Of a DNA stretch of 64,000 bases, positions 12,046 to 23,160 are shown piece by piece. The stretch is from Camelus dromedarius (Eukaryota): positions 8,618,001-8,682,000 of the forward strand of contig NC_087469.1 of the NCBI RefSeq assembly GCF_036321535.1. Direction: 5' to 3'. The translations under genes were made by a program, and so were the position numbers. The notes under the pieces are model-generated. The model had not been told where the DNA came from and searched no databases. It saw only the letters and a program-made list of their open reading frames with translations. The number at the start of each line of letters is the position of its first letter. Within the stretch, counting starts at the first letter, position 1.

Positions 12046-13644
12046 CCCCTGAAGCTGCCTCTCTGCTGGCTTCGTCAGGAGCCCCTCTCGGAGGGTGTAA
12101 CATGCTAGTGCCTTTCCTGTCCCTCTGGGACAAACGGGGGTCCCCTCGCTGAGGACCAAGTGCCCCTTTGGTCCTCGGGGGGGTCATCTGGTCACTTCTG
12201 GTTTCCAGTCTGGCCTTAGGTTGTCCATGCAAACTGCAGGGGCAAATTAATCCAGGATAACACGGGCTGCAGCTCTCACACAAAGCTGTGTTGACAAAGC
12301 CCTCCTCCCCCCAGAGGCCCCTGAGTGGGTGCATCGAGGGGCCTGAAGCGTTTTGTAGGTTATTATGCAAACACACATGCGCCCTGGATGCCAGTGAGGC
12401 AGAGCCAGAGCCTTCACACCCCACAGCCCCGGCCGGGCTGCTGGAGAAAGCTCCGAAGTACATTGTCATCAAGGGACTGTCAAGCGCTAAACGTTTGAGA
12501 TGCTTGTATCCAAACAGAAGGATCCATGGGGCGGGGTGGGGCAGGCTGAGTTCCAAACATTGACATCAACACCCAGGATGGGAAGTGGGTGGGGGAGGTC
12601 AGCTTGGGGTTCCTGTCTCCGTCCCCACAGCTAGCCCACCTCACTGGATCCTTTTCCTCCTTCTCCTCCTCCTCTTCCTCCTGCTCCCAGCTCCCTCTCC
12701 CTCTGACAATTGAGAGCATCATGCAGGATCAGGGGACCCTGCTGTCATCTGTAGAGAGGAAAATGAGCCTCATCGACCCAAATAAATAAAATAAGCGCAC
12801 GCAGGGGGAGAGCAGCTGCTGCAAAGAACAAGGCACAGTTTTTGGAGGCTCTGGCAGGGAGAGTTGGGGTCGGGGACTCAGAGGCCTCCACTTTGGCTTA
12901 TTCCAAGCCTGATATGAGACTGAGGAAGTGGGTGGCAGCCTCCTCCTCCACCATGATCAAATACCAGCCTGAGAGGGGGTCTGTAAATACACAGGAGCAG
13001 ATGACAGGCATCACTGTGTATTAAAATGCAAGCGACCAGCGCTGCCTCCTGCCGATGTCCCCCTCCGCCTTGGAGAGACTGCTAGACCAAGTTGGATCAG
13101 ATGCACGGGCAGACCTTCCTCCTGTCACCCAGCTATTCATTTATTCAAAACAAACATGCGCTCAAACTCCTTTCATTCTAGGTGAACAAAGCAAACACAT
13201 TCGGCAGGCAGAACACCCCCCTCCACCAACCTCCCCCAACTCAATGTGTTTTCATTAATATAAATTGTTTGCAGTAGGCAAATTAATTCTAGAAATGGTT
13301 TTTAGACACGGCAAATCATCCTTGTAAAGCAGAAGATGCGTGAGAGCCCTCTGCTTTTTTGTATGCACCAGGGATCTTAGGTAAATATAATAATGTTGAT
13401 AATGATAATCGATGCTTATTACAATGGCCAGGCTTAATGACCTGCAGCACTTAGAGCTGATCAGAGTGGATGGATCCAAATTTTGAGTTGCACAGGACCC
13501 TGGGAGTGGGTAAGTGACGAGATACAGAAGGCTTGGAACTGGGGAGTTCTTAGCGTATTTTAAAACTTATCTTTATAGAGGGTTTCCCTGTTTAAAAACA
13601 ATTTATTACTCTTTTTGAGGTTGATATCAACAAGACAGACAGGC

Positions 13645-13750
13645 ACAGCCCCATTGTCCCGGTGAAAGAGTGGGGCCACAAGAGGTGAAGTGATTGAGTT
13701 ACTGGCTAGTAATGGACTGAAATTCAAATGACCTTGGTTCAAATCTCCCA
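13645..13750 (-). mobile_element. MIR fragment
   Basis: ccccattgtcccggtgaaagag...gaggtgaagtgatt...gaaattcaaatgacc; degraded. Confidence 0.5.
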
Positions 13751-14205
13751 TTTCTTTCCCCACACCTGGGCTCCTAGACTTCAGGGATTGGGTCCCACTA
13801 GGAATTTTTTTTTTTTGCCTTATCCAAATACATCTGCATTATTATTTATTTAATATCATCAAAATTGACCTTCAGTCACCAAACTTTTGGGGCTGGCCTC
13901 ATCTACAATGATATCTATGAAACCATGGGCTTGATGAGCTGGTTCTAACTTTTTCAAAATGAAGATTGGAATAAATACAAAACTTCTTTTTTTTTTCATT
14001 GTTTGTCTAGGCACCTCACAGAATCACCAGTGTACCACGAGGGCATTGGTACCACATTTTTAGAAGTACTGGCTTACACCCCAAAGCAGTAGCCTGCAAG
14101 ACCCGGATGTTCTTGTCATTACTGGCTGCCCCGCCCCCAAGACCTGCCAGAAAGGATTGTTCCTCCCACGGGAGTCCTGCTAGGGGTCTGCAGTACATCT
14201 TTGGC

Positions 14206-14232
14206 AGACCTATGACCTATGACCTATGACCC
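14206..14232 (-). repeat. 7-bp tandem repeat forming four AGGTCA-type half-sites spaced by 1 nt (DR1 array)
   Basis: Plus strand AGACCT-a-TGACCT-a-TGACCT-a-TGACCC; minus strand GGGTCA-t-AGGTCA-t-AGGTCA-t-AGGTCT. Confidence 0.9.
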
Positions 14233-14554
14233 AGCCCAGAGGAGGAGCATGAGGCTGAGGACAGAATCTACCTGAGCCCAGTTTGGGGTCTGGGGATGGG
14301 GGAGTTCAGAGCCGCTGCAGAAAGGGCTACAGGTCAAACTCTAATAGGAGAGTGCAGTGGGGTTGGGGGAGTGTCCCAGAGCAATGGCTCTGAGACATGT
14401 GGCCATAAGCCACCAAGACCCTCAAATGCAGACTGAGAACTACATGAGGACAAGGAAGTATTGTTGATTTCATAAGCAGTGATATGACCATACGGTTCTA
14501 TGGGAGACAGCCTCATTTCTTTTAAAGATTCACACTGAGCTGCACAGAAGTGAA

Positions 14555-14710
14555 CTCACAGAAGGCCTGGGATTAACTTTAAAACCCTAGCACGAGGCAG
14601 GAGAGAGATAAGACACCAATGTGGACAAAGCTTAAGCGTTGTTAAACTGAGTGATGAGGTAATGGGCATATGCAATTCATTATTTTAGACTATTTGAAAT
14701 ATTTTGCAAT
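14555..14710 (+). mobile_element. Old L1M (L1MC/ME-like) 3' end fragment
   Basis: gggattaactttaaaaccctag...gttgttaaactgagtgatgagg...ttcattattttagactatttgaaatattt. Confidence 0.55.
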
Positions 14711-14927
14711 CCTTATTTTTTTAGTGGACAAATAATGACGCTGGCTCAGCTAGTGTACGAAAGGGGACATTAAGACCTAGACAGAGGTAGCAGGGAGGAG
14801 GGGTGATTTGGGGGTCTTGGGGAGAGGAGGTGGTTCTGGCACCCTCAGAACGTGATGGACGTCCTGGCTCCCCCAAAGTTTGCCTTCCACTTCTCAGCCT
14901 GGCCGGGTTTCTCACTTGGCTACCGCG

Positions 14928-15091
14928 NNNNNNNNNNNNNNNNNNNNNNNNNNNNNNNNNNNNNNNNNNNNNNNNNNNNNNNNNNNNNNNNNNNNNNNNN
15001 NNNNNNNNNNNNNNNNNNNNNNNNNNNNNNNNNNNNNNNNNNNNNNNNNNNNNNNNNNNNNNNNNNNNNNNNNNNNNNNNNNNNNNNNNNN
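14928..15091. other. N run (164 nt)
   Basis: Counted directly; flanks are CpG-rich. Confidence 0.99.
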
Positions 15092-16234
15092 AGGAATAGG
15101 CGAGCACCACGCAAGCTGCGATCTGTAATATTATATATCTGGGGACGTGCAGAGGTAGGAACCCACGCTCCTGTTTTTGATATTTATGTGTCCAGGCTGC
15201 ACTCCTCTTGCCTCCCTCGCTCTGCCTGCATTGCCTCGGCGTCCTTCTCATAAATTACCTCTGCTCTCTGACGCGCTTTTAGCGGACTCCGGCACTGGCG
15301 TCTAACTACTCTCCTTCAGGTGTCTGTGTCACAGAAGCCTCAGGCAGCCCTGTTCACTGCACATTCTGGAAAGAGGGAGGAGCACTTCCCAGGGAGGTGG
15401 CTCCCAGGGATTCCTTCTCTCCCCAGGACTCTGCCTCCTGGTGCATCCAGGCCCCTCAACAGGTCCACTTCTATATTGAAGGCTCCTAATCAGAGACTAC
15501 AGGCTGTTCAGGTTTTGTCCTTGGTTCCAAGTGGGTTTCTGCAGGTCTGGACAAAGGAGAGGCAGGGCTGGTGAAGGCGGCTTCTCAAAAGGACTTGGCA
15601 GGAGAGGCCACAGTCTAGGGATTCGACCACAGGTCTTGGCATGCATGCCCTGGGCCAGGTGGGGCCATGGGTCCCTGATCTGAGCTGATCATCTCTAGTA
15701 AGAGGGGGCAGGTGGAGGATCCCTGGGTCAGGATGGGAGCTGTACTGGTTGGGAGGGCAGGAGCCTTGGATGCCAGCCATTGGGGCCCCAGTGACCCAGA
15801 CTGGGTTGTCTGGAGCACTGGGCTGCTGGTTTTGCCATCTCACTTTCTCTGCCAAGTCTTAGCCTGTCACCCCACTGCTCCCCAACTCACAGTGCACCTC
15901 CTCCTGGACGCCGTCTCAGCTAAGGATGCCTCAAGGCCTGGATGGAGCCACGGCAGTGCAGCTGGTTAGCACTGGCACCCAGACCTCACACTGTCTCCAT
16001 TTGGTGTCCTGAGCATTCTGAATGTGTGTGCCCGTGTATGTTAGCATGCAGTTCCAGGGTCTTTCATTTCCCTGAAAGCCCCCCGAGGGCTAGGTCTGTG
16101 TCTTTTCCTTTCTCCGAATCTCCCCTGGAGACTGGCACAGGATTACAAAGATCCGCCCAACCCCTGACATCTAACAGTGAAGGCCTCGCACTACCCAAGA
16201 CAGGTTATCAAAGCTGGGTCACTAATGGACAACA

Positions 16235-16475
16235 GTCATCGTACTAACAGCTAAGAGTTAGTTACTCAGCATCCACTATGTGCAAGGCAATGTTCTAAGT
16301 GCTCTACAGCACTCAATTACAGTGTTATAGGTAGACAGGTACTGTTATTAGCCTGTTTTTCAGATGGGGAAACTGAGACATAAAGAGATTGATTCCTTGC
16401 CTCAGGGTCACACAGCTAACAAATGGAGAAGCAGGACTTGAACCCTGGCAGCCTGATTCCAGAGCCCAAGCTCCT
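16235..16475 (-). mobile_element. MIR SINE, near full length
   Basis: cactatgtgcaaggcaatgttctaagtgct...tttcagatggggaaactgagac...gggtcacacagcta...ggacttgaaccctggcagcctgattccagagccc. Confidence 0.9.
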
Positions 16476-16524
16476 CCTGGCCGCCAGAACAAACTGCTGC
16501 CCTACCAGGGCTCAGGAGAAAGGG

Positions 16525-16715
16525 CTCTGACAGTGGGCAGCTGTGGCGTGAACTCCATCCCGTGGGGTTGCCATGTGTGGTCACCTTCTCCAGGCTTGGG
16601 ATTCTCTCCCACAAATGGCTGATGACAACCCCCTCAGAGGGTGACTGTGATGATGAGATGAAGTAAGACACCCAGAGTGTCCAGCACAGGACCCAGCACT
16701 TACGAATCACTTACT
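16525..16715 (+). mobile_element. MIR SINE, degraded
   Basis: ctcagagggtgactgtgatgatgagatgaag...ccagcacaggacccagcac. Confidence 0.55.
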
Positions 16716-17519
16716 AGGGGCGAGGGGACAGTGGGAGCAGTAGCCCAGCTAAAGGGTCAAAGGCCACACGTTTGCCTGTCCTGCCCTGGGCAGTATCTGA
16801 CCAAATTGTTCCACACAGAGAGATGCTCGGAGGTGGGCAAACTGGTCTCAGTACCAAGAAAAACAGCCCTCTGCTCTTCCACACCCCACCCCTCAACCCA
16901 TTCCCACCTCCTGCACTCTCTCCTTAAAAAAGGCAGATTCCCCCAGGCAGAGCACAGCTGCCTCTCCCTGTGCCTCAGTTGGGCTGTGGGCCCCGGGTCA
17001 TCAGGCTGGTACCTCAAGGCTGCTGTGCGGGCCCCTTAGTTAGAGTCTGGCAAAGAAAATGTGAGCTCGGAAGCAGCTCCTGTGCTACGTGCAGTCGGGG
17101 CATCAGGCTGACCACCACCCCGGCTGGCTCTCAGCTGTCTTACGACCTCCAGTCCCAGAGGTCTGGGGCCAGGCCAGTGCTAGAGCCTCATTTATTAGGA
17201 AAAGACCCAGGGCTGGGTTTAGGGCCCTCAGAGAAGCAAAGTGGGGACCCCCTTCCCATCCATCACAGGGATGGGGTGCCCATCTTCCTCAAGCCACTGT
17301 ATTGAATCATCTACATTTCTAAGCACCACTTAAAAAAGGCAGCCAGGTCTCTCCTGGCACGTTTATCTAGGGAGGTGAGACACGAGCCTTTCTCAGACTC
17401 GCCAGAGGACAGAAAAAGGAGCAAGGGGCACTAAAGGTAAGCCTCAAGGAACTGCAGGAGAGGTGTACAACATTGGGTCCATTTTTTCGGCTCCATTTCA
17501 AACCTAGAGCAAATTTTCC

Positions 17520-17690
17520 GCTGTTTCTCAATGTGGGGCAACATTGGCATTTTGGGCGGGCACTTGGTTTTGTGAGTCTACCCCAGGCAAAGAAGGATGT
17601 TTAGTCCTCATGCACTAAAAGCCAGGAGCACCTTCAGTCACTTGTGACAATAAGATATACCCCCCTGCCACCCATGTTCAAACACCCATG
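17520..17690 (-). mobile_element. MER20-like hAT-Charlie fossil
   Basis: gtttctcaa...cattggcattttgggcggg...aggatgtttag...cactaaaagccag...cacttgtgacaa matches the reverse of the MER20 consensus as recalled. Confidence 0.7.
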
Positions 17691-18312
17691 TCGTGTTGGG
17701 GTGGAGTGGGGTTGAGGGTGAGTGATTCTGCCCTTTTTGACTTGCAGTGCTCTTAGCAGGGCACACACACCTGCCTGGGCCTCTTGTCCCAGGACTTCAG
17801 AAACAGTCATGTCTTTTCTCTGGACATCAGCTTCTTCTGTAAAACAGGGAGCTGTACTCTGGCTTTGACATCTGTGCTCTAGGTGTCCCCAGTGAGTCAG
17901 ATGTCCGCCATCTAACGTCCTGTGGCAGCCCCAGCTCGCTCTCTGATTCCAGTCATTTGGTCCTCACTCCCTGTATGGACTCCCCAGGCCCCTCCCTGGT
18001 TTATAGCATCTTCCTCCTTCTCCCAAGGGGTCTTATCATTAGTCCTATGTGGTTGGAGCCGAAGGGAGGAAGAGGGTGAGGGAAGGTTAAAGGGCGTGTC
18101 CCTTTCCCCCCTGGAAAGATCCTCTCTATTATTCAGTTCTCTTGTCATCCCCTACCCTCTGACAGTTTCTGTGGTGGGATTTTAATTCCTCATTGTTACC
18201 TTTGTCAAGATGGAACTCCTCTACAGTTCACCCTAGCCTTTCTCTTCATCTGCTCTGCTTTGCATTTCTATGGTGGGTTTCTTCCTTCCTGATATAATGA
18301 CTACTCTGTCTT

Positions 18313-18441
18313 NNNNNNNNNNNNNNNNNNNNNNNNNNNNNNNNNNNNNNNNNNNNNNNNNNNNNNNNNNNNNNNNNNNNNNNNNNNNNNNNNNNNNNNN
18401 NNNNNNNNNNNNNNNNNNNNNNNNNNNNNNNNNNNNNNNNN
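18313..18441. other. N run (129 nt)
   Basis: Counted directly. Confidence 0.99.
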
Positions 18442-18549
18442 AACTTTAATGAGGAAGGCTTTCTTCTTGGTGGGGATGGGGGAGGGTTGGGGAGAGACTC
18501 ATTAGAATAGGGATCAAGGAAGTCAGGGAAGCCCCTGTCTCTGAAGGGC

Positions 18550-18870
18550 TTTTAAAAATATCTGTTTCTTTTCCAATTAAAATATACATATTCATTGTAT
18601 GGAATTTGGAAAATTTCGAAAAGCAGAGATAAGAAAATAAAAATTATCTGTAGCTCCACCAACATGAGAGAGAGAGTTACTATTTTTTGGTGCATTTGGT
18701 ACATTTCCTTCCAGTCTTTTTTGCGGGGGGAGGTGGGCTGAGATCACACTGTCTATGCAATTTTATATGCTGCTTTTTCCCCTGCTTTATATTACGGTAA
18801 GAACTTTTATTCTGTATCATTAAATCGTCTTCAAAAATACCATTTTAAGGACTACAAAATATTCCCTTCT
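18550..18870 (-). mobile_element. L1ME-like 3' end fragment
   Basis: atacatattcattgtatggaatttggaaaa...aaataaaaattatctgtagctccacc...gtacatttccttccagtctttt...cttcaaaaataccattttaagg. Confidence 0.7.
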
Positions 18871-20298
18871 AAGGCTGTGATAGACTTCCCAGATCTTCCA
18901 GAGCCCTAAGGTGTTAGAGTTAGCTCTGCCCAGTATTTCCACAAAATCTCTTCATTTTCCTACCTTACTTTACAGCCAAGAAAAGCTTGTTGGATTTTTT
19001 TTCCAACCCAATGAATGGTAACAAAAGCAGCCTTTCAAGCTCTAATTCTATTACAACCAACCTAAGAACACCTTTCCTCAAAAACCCTCCCTAAGTGAAA
19101 GGATGGAAGGAGGCAGTTGTGGAAATACGCAGAAAAAAGTGGCTAAGAAACAAAGTATCATGTCTTAAGCGCCAAGACAAAATCATGCCAGAGCAGGAGA
19201 CTTATTAAGAGATTCTTTTTTGTTCTGTATTGTCCATAATAAACGGCCACGCTCAGCATCAGTAAGTGCAGACATACCTGGGAAAGAGGTTATACACAAG
19301 CCCATTGCTCCTGCTGAAAGCAGTGGACTGAATTCAATTTTGGGTTTGAGGGCAAATTTCACAGCCCTAAGCATATCTTAGAAATCTGCCATCACCACAC
19401 ATGTAATAAAAGTAAGACCATTGCAGCTAAAATGTGGGAACATTATAAAATATTTCCAGGCACCGGATGGTGAAGAATTCTACTCTAAATCCAGATCTTT
19501 TGAAACTATAAGCTCTGCTCTTAATGAGATTCCTACCAGGAAACACAGCCTCCCTGGAAGTTCAGAGTATCTTCTGATCAGTCATATCTGCAATTTCTCT
19601 CTCAAAAAAAAAAAAAAAAAAAATCCCAGCAGGGCATGCTAAAGGCCTGAGAAGTAGTAGGTTGGGGAGGAGAGATAGTAGCATTGGAGAACCCACTTCT
19701 TTGTGTAATAATATATTTCTATGCTTGGGTGAAATTCAACAAGAGAGAAAATGCTGGAAACACACGCAAGATGAATACAGTATGTGACTCAGTTATGGCC
19801 CATGGAACGCACTTTACCATGCTCACAGAAAATAATGGAACTATGCATTCTAGAAAAATAAGATGAGGCATGAGAGGTGGGAGACAAGGACACAGGGAAA
19901 AAGATGTGAAAGGGAGCAACACAGGCATACTGTTCAAAAAGCTAATCCCTATGAACCAACATCAGTGAAGGTGGATGCACGTGCATTTAATGCATAAAAA
20001 GGGAACTCCAAAAAGAGCTCATTGTTTTGAATGCAGAGGCAAACCTGGACATCCAGTCTGTTACTATAAAAGGTTCGTAGGAAAAAAGAGGAGGAAACCC
20101 AGTGGCTAGCTTTGGAATCAACTAGCCTGGCATTTACAAGGTTTCCACGTCCGTGAATTTGTCACTGCTTTGGGCTTTCTTTTCCCTTGGCATAGAACGG
20201 TTACTGTGATGAGCGGTCACATAAAGCACAATATAAATTTTTATTATTATTGGATGGTGCTGTGGCTGGAACTGCACTGTTCTGCATGGAGGTTTTTC

Positions 20299-20430
20299 NN
20301 NNNNNNNNNNNNNNNNNNNNNNNNNNNNNNNNNNNNNNNNNNNNNNNNNNNNNNNNNNNNNNNNNNNNNNNNNNNNNNNNNNNNNNNNNNNNNNNNNNNN
20401 NNNNNNNNNNNNNNNNNNNNNNNNNNNNNN
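20299..20430. other. N run (132 nt)
   Basis: Counted directly. Confidence 0.99.
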
Positions 20431-21224
20431 AGAGGGGAGAGCTCCAGACCCACTTTAATCACCAGGACGGGAACCCATGGCATTTCAGGACCTGGGACAG
20501 CGCCAGAAGGGCCTCAAGTCACCTTACTTGACAGAAAGATTTCTGCAAGACGGGAACTGGAAGGAAGATGTGAGGGAGCAGGGCCGTAGGAGTTAAGATC
20601 CAACCTGAGTTCAAGGCCAAGGCCTTTGTCAACCTCGGAGAAGGAGCTGCCATGGATTACTTTTGATTTTTCATCTGGGTGGTACCTTCTCCTGATCTCC
20701 TCTTTTCACAGCTTAAATGCTCCTTCTCTAACTTGAAAAGAAAATTGTCAACCCCAGAATCATCCTCCATAAAATCACTTTTTTTTTTGCACCTTTGGGA
20801 ATATTGTCATTATTTAGAATAAGAAGAAAAAAATTCAACCAAAGACACATTAAGTCTGAGCACATTGGGTATAGTCCTATCCATAAACTTAGGTGGGGCC
20901 CTGTAGGAGGAATACAAGAAATATAGAATGGAGAAGCTAACCATTTGTTGGTCATTTAATTGTTTAAAATCTTCTCCCAGCAGGGTGGATGGTTGCTGCT
21001 TATGACAGAAAGCAGAATATAATACTTTGAAACATTCTCTCCAGCTCTCCTCTCTTACACTGTATAAGTTTAAAAGATCTGGAATCTCAGCCCAACAGAT
21101 CTCCCCATCCTGGTCATTTCCTGAGCTTTTCCTAGGGGATTATCTTTTGGTATAATGTATTTTTACAACATAAAAATGAAAAACGATATTTTTCATAAAA
21201 TCTTCATGTTTTCCCCATATTCTA

Positions 21225-21360
21225 CAGGTAGAACTTATTACCCCATTTAACCAAAGAATAGGAATTAGTTCAGTGACTTGTCCAAGACTGAAGAGCAAAG
21301 AAAGGATTAGAACTCAGGTTTCCTAGTATTCCAATCCGAGGTACATCCTGCTATATCATG
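21225..21360 (-). mobile_element. MIR fragment
   Basis: attaccccattt...gtgacttgtccaagac...ggattagaactcaggtttcct. Confidence 0.7.
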
Positions 21361-22884
21361 GGCATCTAGGATGATTCAGGAGATGGCAGTGTCCAGCGCA
21401 CAGCATTGGAAACTAGGCTGAACTGCGTTTGGGCTCCATTGTGCTTTTCACTTACCTTGGAAGTTCTTGACTATGGAGAAATTCTCGCTTTTTCAACTCT
21501 GTCTACATTCTGGTCCGTCAAAACTGATCTCATCTCCCCAAACATTATTCTCCAAACATTTCTTTGCTTTTGTTTATATAATTTCAGGGTTTAGGATGGG
21601 GGTTGGGGAAAGGGTTTGGAGAATGGGCACCAGGAACAGGGAGGCACTTTGTGTGGTAAGGGGAAGCAGTACCAACTTTCACGACAGCATCCTGGGGAAA
21701 CAATTACACAGAATCCAAAGTACATTTGTCATCAACTAAAAATCAGGGCTGAATTGCTTTGGTTTAAATTGATTAAGAGCTCTGAGATTTTGGAGGAAGG
21801 CTTCTTACTAACTCATTTTGGAGTGGGGTCTCTGGTGTCTTTTTTTTTTTTCCACATCAGTGCCCAAAGTTTTGAAAGGATAAACACATTAAGAATTTAA
21901 ACACCTGGAAAGCAATCACTCAGTGACAGTTAATAACACTAATATGGTGAACTCACAGATTTATCACAGTGATACAGATCTCAGCATCAGTTTCCTTTCA
22001 GTGATTAGAGAATTTTTGACCAATTACATGAAACGTTTTGTTGTAGCTTTGGGTAAACTGCAACACCAGAAACCTTAGCACCTCACAGGTGAATCCCCCA
22101 CATCTTGCCCCATTTCCTATGATGACTCTGAGGAGGTGACATTGGATTCAGACCCAGATCCAGTTGCTACTGGGGATGTGCAGCTACCTCCTCTTTGTCA
22201 TCCAGCCCTTGGCCACTGGATGTCCAAGTTTAGTTCCGGTCCACACTCTTTCCTAGCCCTGGGATGCCTGTGACTAGAAGGGGATTTCCAAATGGTTTCC
22301 CTCCATCAAAAGGCTTGAGTGTTTCCTTATTACCTAGACTCATAGAACTAAGGAATGAGTCCTTAGAAACTTTCTAGTGTCAGATATTTTTCTTTGGAGT
22401 ATCAAAGTCTTTCTCCAAATGAAATCCCAGATGGATTTCAAGGTGTAGAACAGGTGAAAAAGGTGACGCTCTGGATAAAGCCCCTGGGAGCAGCTCAGAG
22501 CCCTCTCTGCTCAGCAGCACCCCAGTCCCTGTCCACACTGTACGAACATGTTCACTGAGTTCTTCCCCAGCCTTCTCCTCTCAACACAAGACATCTGCCA
22601 CCACCCTGTGCTTTCTTCATCAAAATGAACTCCTATCCAGGATCCAATCCAGTAAGGTCTGCAAGACCCTGGCTCTGGTTGGGTCAGATGATTTCCAGCT
22701 GGGTCAGAAGATGGGCATGCCACACACACGGATGTACAAACATCAGACCAACAGTGATGTGCACTCAGACAGACACTAAAGCCCCACATAGCATCCAGGA
22801 CTGATCAGCGACTCCAGGAGAGCACAGGGTAAGTGTATTACCATCCAGAGGGGAATGGCAGGGTGTAAACTGTAGGGCTAGGTT

Positions 22885-23160
22885 CTGCATTTGAATCTTG
22901 GCTCTGCCAATATGTGTGATCTGGAGCAAGTATCCACAGATTTTGGATCTGTGGATATGGGAGGCTGACAGTATTCACTGTACTATGCTATTTTACATAA
23001 GGAACCAGAGTGTCTGTGGATTTTGGTATTCACCGGGCTCTTGGAACCAATACCCCAAGGATACCAAGGGACAACTGTACTTCTCTATGCTTCATTTTGT
23101 TTATCTGCAAACACAGTGGGTGACACTGATAGCGCCTACATTATAGAGATACGGTGAGGA
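22885..23160 (+). mobile_element. MIR SINE split by a Tigger insertion
   Basis: tttgaatcttggctctgcca...tgtgtgatctggagcaagta [insert] cttctctatgcttcattttgtttatctgcaaa. Confidence 0.75.
22933..23077 (-). mobile_element. MER2/Tigger2-like (TcMar-Tigger) non-autonomous element
   Basis: tactatgctattttacataagg...gtggattttggtattc...tggaaccaataccccaaggataccaagggacaactg; flanked by TA at 22931-22932 and 23078-23079. Confidence 0.8.

Noticed and set aside
11981-12556. 191-aa minus-strand ORF
   Set aside because: Overlaps a MIR; Pro/Gly/Ser/Arg-rich; no homology recognised and no supporting splice structure.
16235-16715. Inverted MIR pair (also 49045-49497 and 25810-26560) as a dsRNA or miRNA source
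   Set aside because: The copies are too diverged for me to find an extended duplex by eye.
19421-19642. KYFQAPDGEEFYSKS superficially like an MBD-domain strand (YxxPxGxxFRSK)
   Set aside because: Too short, the surrounding MBD residues are absent, and the frame runs into a poly(A) tract.
22571-22834. Possible exon ending at AGG|GTAAGT (22829-22834)
   Set aside because: All three frames contain stops; a non-coding exon cannot be supported without transcript data.
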